From contig NIVC01000168.1 of assembly GCA_002269645.1 (NCBI GenBank), forward strand, positions 413,297-477,296: a stretch of DNA of 64,000 nucleotides. Direction: 5' to 3'. Within the stretch, counting starts at the first letter, position 1, and the number at the start of each line of letters is the position of its first letter. Below are positions 35,436 through 49,078 of this stretch, in pieces. Position numbers and translations under genes: made by a program. The DNA is from Macrostomum lignano (taxonomy: Eukaryota). The notes under the pieces are model-generated. The model was not told the DNA's origin, ran no database searches, and worked only from the letters and a program-made list of their open reading frames with translations.

Positions 35436-38400
35436 TTTAGAATTTTCATTCCAGCATTTGCCTCCATAGTCCGGATTATGCTGGGTGCACGCCCAAAAAA
35501 AAATTAAATAAATACAAATGCATGCCAAAAAAAATTAGTGCGCACCCATTCTCAAAAATACGCCGGTGTTGCGACAATAAATGAATGTTGTGACAATAAA
35601 AGACCTTTTTTAAATTTCGTAATAGACCCTTATTATTAGATAATTTTTGTTGCTTTTAAGGCTTTTTGGGCGATACTATTTACAGCGGAAAGTTTATACA
35701 TGCAAAGATTTGTTTAAATACTCTCTTACAAGCTGGAAAAAACTGGAAAGCTTGAAATTTGCACCTAAAAAAGAACTTTTTTCATCTTTTTTCTACTTTA
35801 CAATAACTCTTACACATTATTCTATAAAGTGCATGCCAGATGTGCACGCATACTTTTTTCTTAGGAGTGATGCATGCTAACTGTGCACGCCTAATTTTGG
35901 CGTGCAAGGCCAATGCATGCCCGAATTTTCGGGCGTATACTACATGATCCGGAGTGTGGATATGCCTATCTACCAGGATGGAATCTTTGCATGACAAGTT
36001 TGGAACAAAAAGTTGCGCGTAATTTTTTTGCGCAAGTTTTTTACCCGTGAATACGCCGTTTTTTTTGCCACTTGAATTTCTTAGCATTTTTTATGATGTT
36101 TTATTAAAGTTTAAATAAGTCTTTAAAAATATAAATGATTTTATTATTTTTTAGTTTAATGTATTTCCCAGTAGCTTTGTTTTTAAATTTGCAATAACTT
36201 TGTTTTACTGTAACAAGTGCAATATTCAAAATTAAAATGAAATTATGCAAGATTATTAAAAATTTCTTAGAATATTAAGTTGTGCGCACGTAAGCTTTTT
36301 AAAGTTGCGCAAGTTTGCTAGAAATGTGCGCGCAAGTGCGCAAGTTTTTGTTAGCGCGCATGGAATGCGTCTAGGATTTTGTACAAAAATTCCATCCTGG
36401 CCTATCTACCTACTATATGATATAACATTTTGCATGCTTCTTTTTTCAAAAAAATTATTGATTTCAATTAATAATTTTTTATCTTCATTAATGCTATTTT
36501 TCTATGTACTACTATAATGGTTGTTTTTTTATATTACAGTTATGCTAGACTCTAGATAGTATACATGTACGCTGGAAAATCCGGCGTATAGAGGGATCTA
36601 TAATATACCATTTATATACAACTTGGTATACAAAGGGGCTTGGCATGCCTTCTTGGCGTAGGCCTATAGCTTGGCATATAGAAATTGTTGAGATAGCAGG
36701 TGGGACCAAAAGTTCCAAGTCCCCATCAATCTATGCAATTTGTCTACAAAAATGATTAAGTTTATATTTGGCATAGTCTCCATGTATATATTGTTACAAA
36801 AGCTAAATTTTAATCAGAAAGAATAGCTAGCCCTTTAGGAAAAAACAGATTCAAACTAAATTTAAAAACCCAGATTTAACTTTTCTAAGATTAAGATTTA
36901 AGAAGTTAGAAGTAGCAAAAATAGTAAAAATGAACTATTTCTACATAGTTTAATCAAAAAATTACCAGTTTAAACATATTAATTTTTTAAATATCAAAAT
37001 TTTGCAAGCTCTTAATATTAGTCATAAGTTGTATTTTTATTTTGGTGTATTTTTGTATGCAATAAAAAGTTCGTTGTTGTACCATTGGCATGCATGAGCT
37101 ACGGAAGCAGTTTTCATTCTGGCGTACAATGGTATACAATCCTGACCCTGGCAGATATGGTTATGGCAAGTTATGGTTATAGACATTTTTAGCCCTATAA
37201 TGATAAGAAAATTTGGTTACAGAAGTTGTTTATTTTTTACAGCTATGGTTATAGTTATGGCAATCAAATTTTGTGATGGCAGAACACTACTTTGTATGCC
37301 AGAAACTTTGTATGCCAGAATTTTCTATATTTTAATTTTCTGGCATACATGTATACTATCCAAATTCTAGATTGACCACTTTGCATATATTTGCAGTTTG
37401 TAAATTAAAAAAACTGATAACTTAGCTGATAGCTATTTTATGTACATAAAAGTGCAAATTATGGATCAGGGGTGATGGTATAGTAATTTTCAGTTCTAGT
37501 TATTACATTGCACTTTGAAATCCTATTGTAATGGAATGGTATAGGACCAAGATAGCCACAAGTTGGCAATATTGAATCTTTATTATATCTAGGCCTATTC
37601 TCTCTACTTTTAATTAGCAACTTAATAGCTTATAGCTATTTATTATATTAATTATTATATTTAATCAATAATTAATAAATATTAATGCAATAATAGTTTT
37701 AAAACTAATTAGGCCTACCCATAATACAAAAATTCATTCTAAGTTTTGAATGTCTGTGCCAATTTATTCCCTATCATTATATCTATATAGCACTTAATAA
37801 AACGACATTTTACTAATAAAATAATAAGCTAGTCTTCGTAGAGTTTGTCTTCTTTTATTTTTACTTTTTTTCTAAAATATAATAACAAAAAAACAACAAG
37901 GTACTGCTCCCACCAGCCATGCAGTAGCCAGAAAGGGGGAGCAGTCAGGAAATGCATCTCTGGGCCATCACCCTCAAGAAGTCACATCCCCCTGCTTGGT
38001 CCAGGGCACCAGCGTCACTGCATTGCATTCCTGGTAGCATCTTAGTAATTGATCTCGGCCAGCAAGTTGGAGGGCACTGTGAACACTACTGTCTTCTACG
38101 TATTAGCTTGAGGCCATCATGTTTTATATTTTATTAGTATATTTATTATATTTATATTTATATTATATTATCATGTTTCATGTTTTATATTCTTAAATAA
38201 AAAAGTAAAAACTAAGTAAAAGTAAATAAAAAAGTAAATATGTATTGGCACAGTATGTATGTAAGAAAAAAAGTATTTTCTGAATTTCTTCCATTGAAGC
38301 TTAGTAAAATGCAATCTTCCAAACTTTTATGGAATTTGTATGTTACCACAATACTACTACAATTAATACTACCATATATGCTTAACCCCCTGATTTACAC

Positions 38401-39146
38401 TTGCTATGCTACTTATTTTATGACCAAAAATGCAACTTACCTATGAAAGAAACCTTGAAGCAAAAATTGATGCAATTTTAGGTAAATGGCATGAGTAACT
38501 ATGACTGTATTAAATGTCTTGTCATCTAGTTACTAGTATATACATATTTTGAGGTGGACATTTTTGCAATTTACCTTGGCTAGGCCCCTTGCCAGCTAGC
38601 TAGATTGGCTAGGTGTTGTGCACATATGACTACCACTATATCAAAGAATAAAAAATCTACTTAGAACTGATAATTAGGTTTTTTTATTTAATTTCACCTG
38701 AAAAAAAATTATTAAGGTTAAATTGACTAACAATATAGTATATTGAAGATCAATGAATTGATAAATAAGCTTACATTGAATGCAAATATTTTATTGCAGA
38801 CAAACTCTACAAAATATACATTGTCTATAGTAACAAAATAATAAACAAGCTCTTAAAAATTGTCAGAATATATTGTAATAGTATATATACTAATATAGGA
38901 AGCCTTAAGTTTATACTTATATTCTAACAGCATTTGTATTATTTTTATAGTTATTTTAGTCTTTATTTTATTCAACATTTTAACAAATCATTTCTTTAGA
39001 GAAAATACTATACATATATAATTTGCGCTTTTTATAGATGTTTTAACTTTTTGAACTAAAAATAGATTTATAGCTTTATTGCTAATAAACTGCCAAAAAA
39101 TGTTTGCAAAATATATTTAAAAAATACAGAAATACATTTGTTACTA

Positions 39147-40274
39147 CAAGGGTTGTTTGGAAAATCCGCGATCAAACGTGTCTAACAGTTTAACGGATTG
39201 AACAAATGGAATGCTACTCTTCCTGCTTCTCAACATAGGCACCCTTGAGGCTTATGCACTTGTGCCACCTCTCAGGCAACTTCTCGATGCCAGTAGCATA
39301 GAAATTGGCAGGTGACCCCCTGACCCACTGGCTGATGGCCAATGCCAGGGTCTGTAGAGAGCTGTACTGGTGACCTTGGAGGGTTTTTTCATCACTCTGA
39401 ACAGCCAGAAGTCACTGGGTGCGAGGTCCAGCGAGTAGGGCGGGTGTGGCAGCACCTCGAAGCCCAGGTCCGAAATGGCAGCCATTGTTGCCTGGCTGGT
39501 GTGCGGCCTGGCATTGTTGTGCTGAAGCAGGATGCCACGGCTCAGCTTGCCACGCCGCTGGGCCTTGATGGCTTCATGCAACTTCTGCAGGACTTGGATA
39601 TAGTACTCACTATTTATTGTGGCACCACGAGGAAGCCATTCGATGAGCAGAATAACCTCCTTGTCCTAGAAGACGGTGGCCATTTGCTTGCCAGCTGAAG
39701 GTGCAGTCAGGGCCTTGACAGGTGTGGGCTCATGGCTGGCCTTCCACACACTGCTCTGCATCTTGGACTCTGGCTCACTATAATGAAACCAGGATTCATC
39801 CCTAGTCACAATCCGGTCCAAAAAGTTGGGATCACAGCGATATGACTGGAAGAGCTGCCGACACACCTGGACCCGCTCTCGCTGCTGCTGGTCAGTCAGA
39901 AGTTTCGGGACCCAACGAGCAACAATGCGTGACATACCGAGCTCAACCGTCAGGATTGAATGAATGGCCGTTGATGAGATGCCAGTAATGGTTGACAACT
40001 CTCGCACTGTAGCTCAGCGGTCAACATCCAGAGCACAACGCACAAGCTCGATGTTTGACCTGTTGACCATGGTGGCAGGCCAGCCATTCCATGGAAGGTC
40101 ATCGACTGTCTCCCAGCTGTCTTCAAAATGCTGCACCCACTCGTTGACCATTGTTTTTGATGGTGCACATTTGCCATACGTTGCTTGCAACTCGCGAAGA
40201 ATTTCTGCCTGTTGCTTTCCTTGTTTCCACAAAAACCAAATGACACTTCGCTTTGCTTCTTCGTTATTCAGCAT
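39147..40274 (-). mobile_element. Decayed mariner transposon in REEP5 intron 1
   Basis: Transposase 40274 to about 39230 with WVPKLLT, TRDESW, HNNARPH and HPPYSLDLAPSDF, two in-frame stops and a late frameshift. One TIR TA|CAAGGGTTGTTTGGAAAA at 39147; the partner TIR was not found. Confidence 0.93.
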
Positions 40275-40848
40275 AGTGATGGAATTCGTGTGTGACTAAA
40301 AACACTACAAGAAGGAAATTCCTGGCTCAAACAAGACCACTCTTGATTTAAAACATTCAGGCTATGATATTTGTCTATGGTATAAAGTTTCAAGACAAAG
40401 TAGTGACTCAAAAAAATTTTTGGCATTGGCTATAATAAAAATATTCTTGTGCAATCTGTTTATATATTTGAGGCCTTGGCTGACTTTTTGTAGAAATCTG
40501 TTATCCCCAATTCCTAGATTGACTCTATATTAGTAATGGAAATAAGAGCATATATATTAGTTAAATAAAAAGTTCCATACAAATTATTTATAAAAAACAT
40601 AGCTTGAAAAAATAATGATCATGAATCATGTTTACTCAATATGGGCATGCTCTGCCACCACTGTGGCCTCCAGACAGTGTCAAAAGACAGTACAAGCTTT
40701 TGCAAGCTTCTTTTTGTCCATGATGGTCATTGCAGTGTGAATAGCCTTGAGTTGACCATTCTCTCAGTGTGGATGGTTCCAGTAAACTGTCTTATCAAAT
40801 AGTCCTTGTCAAATCTCATTAACAAATCCCTCATGTCGCCTGACCCAG

Positions 40849-41238
40849 GCCTGATTGGCTTCCTGGCCCTCTACCTGATGTTTGGCTATGGGGCCCAGTT
40901 CCTGGCCAACTTCATCGGCTTCCTGTACCCGGCCTACGCCTCCGTCAAGGCTATCGAATCGCCCGCCAAGGACGACGACACCAAGTGGCTCACCTACTGG
41001 GTTGTTTACGCCGCCTTCGGCCTGTTGGAGACGTTCACGGACATCCTGCTGTTCTGGATTCCGCTGTACGCCTTCCTCAAGTGCGCCCTGCTCATCTACC
41101 TGATGGCGCCCATCGCCGCTAACGGGTCCGTGACCATCTACTACCGCCTGATCCGCCCGTTGGTGCTCAAGCACCAGGCCCGCATCGATAGCGCCCTTGG
41201 CGAGGCCCAGTCGGCCGCCTCCCAGCTCGCTAAAGAGG
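40849..41238 (+). CDS. REEP5: REEP5-like exon 2
   Basis: GACCCAG|GC, then [54 protein letters not shown]...[12 protein letters not shown]...[12 protein letters not shown]...AKE-G|GTGAGC. Confidence 0.97.
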
Positions 41239-41362
41239 GTGAGCAGTTACTCAGTTTTCATGTGTATTATTGGTATTGATAGCTCGAAATCGTCTCAAGT
41301 CGAGACTGGGATCTCATTCGTCCCAGAGATATGAAATCCCCCATATTTGCCGATTTCCGCAG

Positions 41363-41424
41363 CCACCGCTGAGGCTGTCCGTCACGGCGGGGACTACGCT
41401 CTCTCTGGCAGCAAGGACGACTGA
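41363..41424 (+). CDS. REEP5: REEP5-like exon 3 (last)
   Basis: TTCCGCAG|CC gives ATAEAVRHGGDYALSGSKDD*, phase-consistent with exon 2; AATAAA at about 41909. Confidence 0.75.
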
Positions 41425-42366
41425 TTCGCGGCGGCATCTGGACTGGGCGCCCAGCTGAAGAGCTGGACAGCTCGTTAATGAGACAGACAAACACATTAAG
41501 ACTCGAACCCGCGACTTCACCATCGTTTTGCTGTGTTTAAAAAGTGGTACCAGAAAAAATAACGAAGGAAAGCATCGACTGTGTCCAGACCGATTTTTAA
41601 ACACGAATCTGCTGTCTGTTAATCATGTTTGCAAGCATCGTAGACTTAGCAAAATCCTACATTTTATTTCCGCTTCACTTCCCAGCCTTGTATCTCCCAT
41701 CCCCTCCAAAACATTAACACCGTATTAACCAGTTTTGTAATCTCTTATGCTGAAGCTAATGAATATCTTGATTGATTGATTGTTGATGACAGCTGATTGG
41801 CAGGTATTGGTTGGGTGGCCTGCTGGCCTAAGCAGATATTTTAGGCTGGCTTTGATGTTGTTGCTATCGCTATATTTTCTCATCAATATTTTTCTTTATC
41901 CATTTCGCAATAAAAGCTGTATTCATTTTTGACTCTGACTCGACTTAACATTTAGTGAGTCACCCAAATCAATCCAAACCGCCCATCCAGCTTCCCGCTG
42001 CATCGCATACCTGATTAGCTAATCTTAGTTTTACCATTTCAAAAATCAAACACGCATGCGCAAGTTTTTATTGAAAAAAATTACACACAGTTTATGCGTA
42101 AATAAAATAAATCTATATATCGATACACATTTATTCATTTGAGTCGCTTTGCGCCCCTTTCTGGACAGTAAAATTCCTTGATTGTTTTCATTCTTGTCTG
42201 TTTTTAACTCTCAGCTTCCATACCTACTTTATTGTGTAGGACAACTAGAGTTATTTATTTTGGAAAACATTTGCTCTATTCACTACTAAGCCGAGTAGGT
42301 TTTCCTCTCTACTCTGATGGCCTGGGTGCTGTTTGAAAGAAGAACAAAATAAGCAGCTTTGTCTGA

Positions 42367-42914
42367 CTCCCAGGTGAGGCTAATCTAGTGCCATTTCCAG
42401 CACTTACCTCTCTTAGGCGAGGCTAATCTAGTGCCATTTCCAGCACTTACCTCTCTTAGGCGAGGCTAATCTAGTGCCATTTCCAGCACTCACTGCTCCC
42501 AGGTGAGGCTAATCTAGTGCCATTTCCAGCACTCACTGCTCCCAGGTGAGGCTAATCTAGTGCCATTTCCAGCACTCACTGCTCCCAGGTGAGGCTAATC
42601 TAGTGCCATTTCCAGCACTCACTGCTCCCAGGTGAGGCTAATCTAGTGCCATTTCCAGCACTCACTGCTCCCAGGTGAGGCTAATCTAGTGCCATTTCCA
42701 GCACTCACTGCTCCCAGGTGAGGCTAATCTAGTGCCATTTCCAGCACTCACTGCTCCCAGGTGAGGCTAATCTAGTGCCATTTCCAGCACTCACTGCTCC
42801 CAGGTGAGGCTAATCTAGTGCCATTTCCAGCACTCACTGCTCCCAGGTGAGGCTAATCTAGTGCCATTTCCAGCACTCACTGCTCCCAGGTGAGGCTAAT
42901 CTAGTGCCATTTCC
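42367..42914. repeat. 43-bp minisatellite, about 12-13 copies
   Basis: Unit CTCCCAGGTGAGGCTAATCTAGTGCCATTTCCAGCACTCACTG. Confidence 0.96.
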
Positions 42915-43864
42915 ATCTTCCGCGACTACTAAAATTCACCTGCCATCGCAGTCAATCAGCGAGACCTCATAAGCCTCTGATTACAGAGTACTTATAAGCG
43001 CACCGGTTAATTTGTCCTAGCTATTGGAATCCACGCCGGGGTCAGTCTGCAGCCTGCAGCGTATAAAGTACGACAGAAGACTCTAAGAGTTCAATGCTTT
43101 ATTTAAGCTTGCACGCACAAGCACACACAGTCAACGCTATTCTGACAGTCTGAAATGTAATTAAGGAAAAGATAGACGGCTCTTACTGAGAATCCGTGCG
43201 CGCTGAGCTGGCGCGCCGCCGCACCTGCGGCGATGGATCGAGGAGGGGCGCAAGAAGAGGCTACTTGAGACGTTGGAGAGGAGCTCGTCAAGGAAAATGA
43301 AATCGAAATTGAATTTAAATAGATGGACCCACCTGACAAGCTTCTGTGGCTGGAGAGTAGAGGGCACAGAAAAATGGCTAGTTTTAATAAACTCCATAAC
43401 TGGCTTCATATGCATTCATTTTTCGTAGCGAAAAGCGTTGCCTACTTGGCACAATATTGAGCAAGGTTTTACCATAGAAAGACTTGTTTAAGAATGGCGT
43501 CTACGGTTATAGTTAGCCTAAGCGTATCGAAACTGGGTGAAACGCACGGCAGCCCACCCGCTGCAGTTGTCTATGGCTGACTTCAATTAAAAAAATGTCG
43601 TATGCATATTTGAGTATTTAGTGAATGTTATACCACTTACGTTCGTAACGCTGTCTGACTTAATAAAAATTTAAGTCTCTGCAAAATGCTTAGTATCAGT
43701 TACTATTTTTTCGATTCACAAAATAAGGAGTTTTGGCCATAGACAATTTCTTAGATTTCATTCTTTCTTTCTCTAAAGTGCTGGTGTGCAAATTTGGAGG
43801 CTCCGCCGCCACACCCCGCAAGGAGGCTTAGCGCCCTCTTGACCCTGCTGTCTTCTGACTTTGC

Positions 43865-44690
43865 CATAGACTTTGTCATTTTCAGCGGGCCGTGAAACCG
43901 ACTGAATACATTGGAATAAATGGGATTTTACCATAGACAGTCTCAGCGGGCCGTGAAACCGACTGAATACATTGGAATAAATGGGATTTTACCATAGACA
44001 GTCTCAGCGGGCCGTGAAACCGACTGAATACATTGGAATAAATCGGATTTTACCATAGACAGTCTCAGCGGGCCGTGAAACCGACTGAATACATTGGAAT
44101 AAATCGGATTTTACCATAGACAGTCTCAGCGGGCCGTGAAACCGACTGAATACATTGGAATAAATCGGATTTTACCATAGACAGTCTCAGCGGGCCGTGA
44201 AACCGACTGAATACATTGGAATAAATCGGATTTTACCATAGACAGTCTCAGCGGGCCGTGAAACCGACTGAATACATTGGAATAAATCGGATTTTACCAT
44301 AGACAGTCTCAGCGGGCCGTGAAACCGACTGAATACATTGGAATAAATCGGATTTTACCATAGACAGTCTCAGCGGGCCGTGAAACCGACTGAATACATT
44401 GGAATAAATGGGATTTTACCATAGACAGTCTCAGCGGGCCGTAAAACCGACTGAATACATTGGAATAAATCGGATTTTACCATAGACAGTCTCAGCGGGC
44501 CGTGAAACCGACTGAATACATAGGAATAAATGGAATTTTACCATAGACAGTCTCAGCGGGCCGTGAAACCGACTGAATACATAGGAATAAATCGGATTTT
44601 ACCATAGACAGTCTTAGCGGGCCGTGAAACCGACTGAATACATTAGAATAAATGGGATTTTACCATAGACAGTCTCAACGGGCCGTGAAA
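43865..44690. repeat. 61-bp minisatellite, about 13 copies
   Basis: Unit approximately CCATAGACAGTCTCAGCGGGCCGTGAAACCGACTGAATACATTGGAATAAATCGGATTTTA; the array is flanked by short inverted CCACACCCCGCA / TGCGGGGGTGTGG. Confidence 0.96.
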
Positions 44691-45122
44691 CGCGGTTTCT
44701 CGCCCGCTGACTATAACACTAATATGGATGGGCTGCAGAGACCTCTGCGGGGGTGTGGAACCCTCTGTAGCCCTTCAATATTGGTATATTGTGCAGTGCA
44801 ATTTATTTACTGAATTAATTTTCAACTCGGTATCATAAAACAACGAAAAAACACGAAAATTCGAGGCTGAAGGGAACTAATTGGAACTCTGCGGCGATCC
44901 TATAAGCGGGTGTCTCTTGATTTTAAGAATTTGAGCTGGAATCGAGGATCCGTGATTGACTGCGTCGACCAGGAGTTGCCAGTCTTCTGTTCGAATTGCT
45001 GAAGCCATAAAAGTGTACAATTTAAGTTCAGATGCACCACCCACATTTCTTATTCACTAAACCCGAGTTTCCAGCCCCTTCTTTCTATGGTAAACTTATA
45101 TCGCAGAAGTCCCTGCTCATAC

Positions 45123-45821
45123 CAAGGACGACTTAAGTAGAAGGACGGGAAACCTCGTTTCTTAGAAAATTTTTGAAGGCACTTTTTCCCGAAAAAATAC
45201 ACTGCGGAGATAGGAAATTTTCATTTTTTCAGCACAAAAATTGCTATAACTTTTGATAGGAGGCAGATCCAGTGTTGATCTTTTGATATGTTGTGCCTTT
45301 TTTATTGCTCTATCGATATTTATAAAGCTTTCCGTTCAGAAAATTAGGATTCTATGTTAATTTTTTATTCTACGTATATTTTCATGTGTCTTGTGCTTGA
45401 AATACATTAGAATGCCACGGCTTGGCTCTTTGATTTTATGAGTCTATTTTATCCTTCTTACCTGACTGTATAGCAAATAGTCGTAACATAGATGATAAAA
45501 TAGATTCATAAAACCAAATATTAGAGCTGTGTCATGCATTTTTGTGATTTTTAGAAACAGGAAATATACGTAAGAATAAAAAATTAACATAGAATCCTAA
45601 TTTTCTGAACGGAAAGCTTTATAAATATCGATAGAGCAATAAAAAAGGCACAACATATCAAAAGATCAACACTGAATCTGCCTCCTATCAAAAGTTATAG
45701 CAATTTTTGTGCTGAAAAAATGAAAATTTCCTATCTCCGCAGTGTATTTTTTCGGGAAAAAGTGCCTTCAAAAATTTTCTAAGAAACGAGGTTTCCCGTC
45801 CTTCTACTTAAGTCGTCCTTG
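45123..45821. mobile_element. Foldback-type non-autonomous DNA transposon with near-perfect arms of about 260 bp
   Basis: Termini CAAGGACGACTTAAG...CTTAAGTCGTCCTTG and an 8-bp TSD GCTCATAC at 45115-45122 and 45822-45829, consistent with the P or hAT superfamily. Confidence 0.85.
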
Positions 45822-46759
45822 GCTCATACTTTTTTCATCATGATTTGCGATTTCCCATCCAGAGTGATTGACATGACCTTGGCTTTGCGTCAAGAAGGCT
45901 GCAAAAAGCTGTATATTAATTTAGCATACAAAGCTTCGGTTTGATGTTAGGAAATGGTGCTTGAAGTTTGATCATTGCAGCACTTAACAGGCCTGCGCTA
46001 CAGGTATAGTTTCTGCTTAACCGGTGCAACAACTGCGAGTTACAAGCTTTCTCCCAGATGGCTACCGTTTGTTATTTAGGTTTTCTATTTGTCGAACACC
46101 TCAATGCAAACTGCAATTCATAAATTGCACAATTGTATTCATAAATTACAGCTCACTCACATCCTTTCATAATCTATTAATAAATGCTACGGCCATAAGC
46201 TGTGGCTGCGCCTGTTGCGCACGTCTGCTGCAGTTGGAAAGCTGTGCATGGCGCCCATGCCTGCAGTAGTCGCTGCTTCGGAGAAAGGGTTGGAGAGCCT
46301 GGGACTGAAGCATTTGAGACGGCTACTTATATTGGAATTGGAATGCGGCGTTGCCTATTTTTTTGTTTTACAACTGCATAGCGCTCGGCCTCCATAGGCT
46401 GCCGGTGCTGTGGGTGGGCTCAGGGGGCGTAGCAGCCCTGCATATTTAAGATAAGCCCACAGCTCTGGCCGCTGCCATGCAGGTGTTGCGAATTCCGATC
46501 TTTGATCAGGATCTTTATTAGATTCGATCATATCTACCTGGAATGTTGTGAATTTCCCTATAAATTTTTACTCGTCTGGATGCCACATGTAGTCCCAGTT
46601 CGATACGTTGAGAACGACATCTGACAAAAGGTGAGATTTGTCTATAATTGCTGAGGCTTAACCCGTAGCTAGGACCCACCGTCAACTTCGCAGCTTACCC
46701 CACTCTACCCATTATGGCGACCTCACTCTGCCCACCTACCTACCTTAATTAATCCGTAA

Positions 46760-49078
46760 ATTCACCCCCACCTACCTCAATCAATCCACGAACTCACTCC
46801 TAGCTACCTCAATAACTCTGTGAATTCACCCCTACCTACCTCAATCACTCCGTGAGTCCGCCCCTAGCTACCTAAATCACTCCGTCAATTCACCCCTAGC
46901 TACCTCAATAATCTGTGAATTCACCCCTAGCTACCTCAATCACTCCGTGAGTTCACCCCTAGCTACCTCAATCACTCCGTGAATTCACCCCTAGCTACCT
47001 CAATAACTCTGTGAATTCACCCCTAGCTACCTCAATCACTCCGTGAATCCGCCCCTAGCAACCTCAATCACTCCGTGAATTCACCACTAGCTACCTCAAT
47101 CACTCCGTCAATTCACCCCTAGCTACCTCAATAATCTGTGAATTCACCCCTAGCTACCTCAATCACTCCGTGAGTTCACCCCTAGCTACCTCAATCACTC
47201 CGTGAATTCACCCCTAGCTACCTCAATAACTCTGTGAATTCACACTAGCTACCTCAATCACTCCGTGAATTCACCCCTAGCTACCTCAATAACTCTGTGA
47301 ATTCACCCTAGCTACCTCAATAACTCTGTGAATTCACCCCTAGCTACCTCAATCACTCCGTGAATCCGCCCCTAGCAACCTCAATCACTCCGTGAATTCA
47401 CCACTAGCTACCTCAATCACTCCGTGAGTTCACGGCCCTAGCTACCTCAATAACTCTGTGGATTCACCCTAGCTACCTCAATCACTCCGTGAATCCGCCC
47501 CTAGCTACCTCAATCACTCCGTGAATTCACCCCTAGCTACCTCAATCACTCCGTGAATTCACCCCTAGCTACCTCAATCACTCCGTGAATTCACCCCTAG
47601 CTACCTCAATCACTCCGTGAGTTCACCCCTAGCTACCTCAATCACTCCGTGAATTCACCCCTAGCTACCTCAATAACTCTGTGAATTCACACTAGCTACC
47701 TCAATCACTCCGTGAATTCACCCCTAGCTACCTCAATCACTCCGTGAATTCACCCCTAGCTACCTCAATCACTCCGTGAATTCACCCCTAGCTATCTCAA
47801 TCACTCCGTGAATCCGCCCCTAGCAACCTCAATCACTCCGTGAATTCACCACTAGCTACCTCAATCACTCCGTGAGTTCACGGCCCTAGCTACCTCAATC
47901 ACTCCGTGAATCCGCCCCTAGCTACCTCAATCACTCCGTGAATTCACCCCTAGCTACCTCAATCACTCCGTGAATTCACCCCTAGCTACCTCAATCACTC
48001 TGTGAATTCACCCCTAGCTACCTCAATCACTCCGTGAATTCACCCCTAGCTACCTCAATAATCTGTGAATTCACCCCTAGCTACCTCAATCACTCCGTGA
48101 GTTCACCCCTAGCTACCTCAATAACTCTGTGAATTCACACTAGCTACCTCAATCACTCCGTGAATTCACCCCTAGCTACCTCAATAACTCTGTGAATTCA
48201 CCCTAGCTACCTCAATAACTCTGTGAATTCACCCCTAGCTACCTCAATCACTCCGTGAATTCACCCCTAGCTACCTCAATCACTCCGTGAATTCACCCCT
48301 AGCTACCTCAATCACTCCGTGAATTCACCCCTAGCTACCTCAATAACTCTGTGAATTCACACTAGCTACCTCAATAACTCTGTGAATTCACCCCTAGCTA
48401 CCTCAATAACTCTGTGAATTCACCCTAGCTACCTCAATAACTCTGTGAATTCACCCCTAGCTACCTCAATCACTCCGTGAATTCACCCCTAGCTACCTCA
48501 ATCACTCCGTGAATTCACCCCTAGCTACCTCAATCACTCCGTGAATTCACCCCTAGCTACCTCAATAACTCTGTGAATTCACACTAGCTACCTCAATCAC
48601 TCCGTGAATTCACCCCTAGCTACCTCAATAACTCTGTGAATTCACCCTAGCTACCTCAATAACTCTGTGAATTCACCCCTAGCTACCTCAATCACTCCGT
48701 GAATCCGCCCCTAGCAACCTCAATCACTCCGTGAATTCACCCCTAGCTACCTCAATCACTCCGTGAATTCACCTCTAGCTACCTCAATAACTCTGTGAAT
48801 TCACACTAGCTACCTCAATCACTCCGTGAATTCACCCCTAGCTACCTCAATCACTCCGTGAATTCACCCTAGCTACCTCAATAACTCTGTGGATTCACCC
48901 TAGCTACCTCAATCACTCCGTGAATCCGCCCCTAGCTACCTCAATCACTCCGTGAATTCACCCCTAGCTACCTCAATCACTCCGTGAATCCGCCCGTAGC
49001 AACCTCAATCACTCCGTGAATTCACCCCTAGCTACCTCAATAACTCCATGTATTCACCCCTGGCTACTTCAATCACTC
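46760..49078. repeat. About 32-bp minisatellite, about 70 copies, with recurring variant blocks
   Basis: Unit CACCCCTAGCTACCTCAATCACTCCGTGAATT; variants ATAACTCTGTG, GAATCCGCCCC and GAGTTCAC. Confidence 0.97.

Noticed and set aside
43865-44690. Tandem hammerhead ribozymes (GAAAC present; such satellites exist in flatworms)
   Set aside because: No CUGANGA core on either strand of the unit; the same holds for the 67-bp satellite.
46400-46630. Coding exon ending at AAAG|GTGAGA
   Set aside because: No open, recognisable frame or partner exon could be established on either strand.
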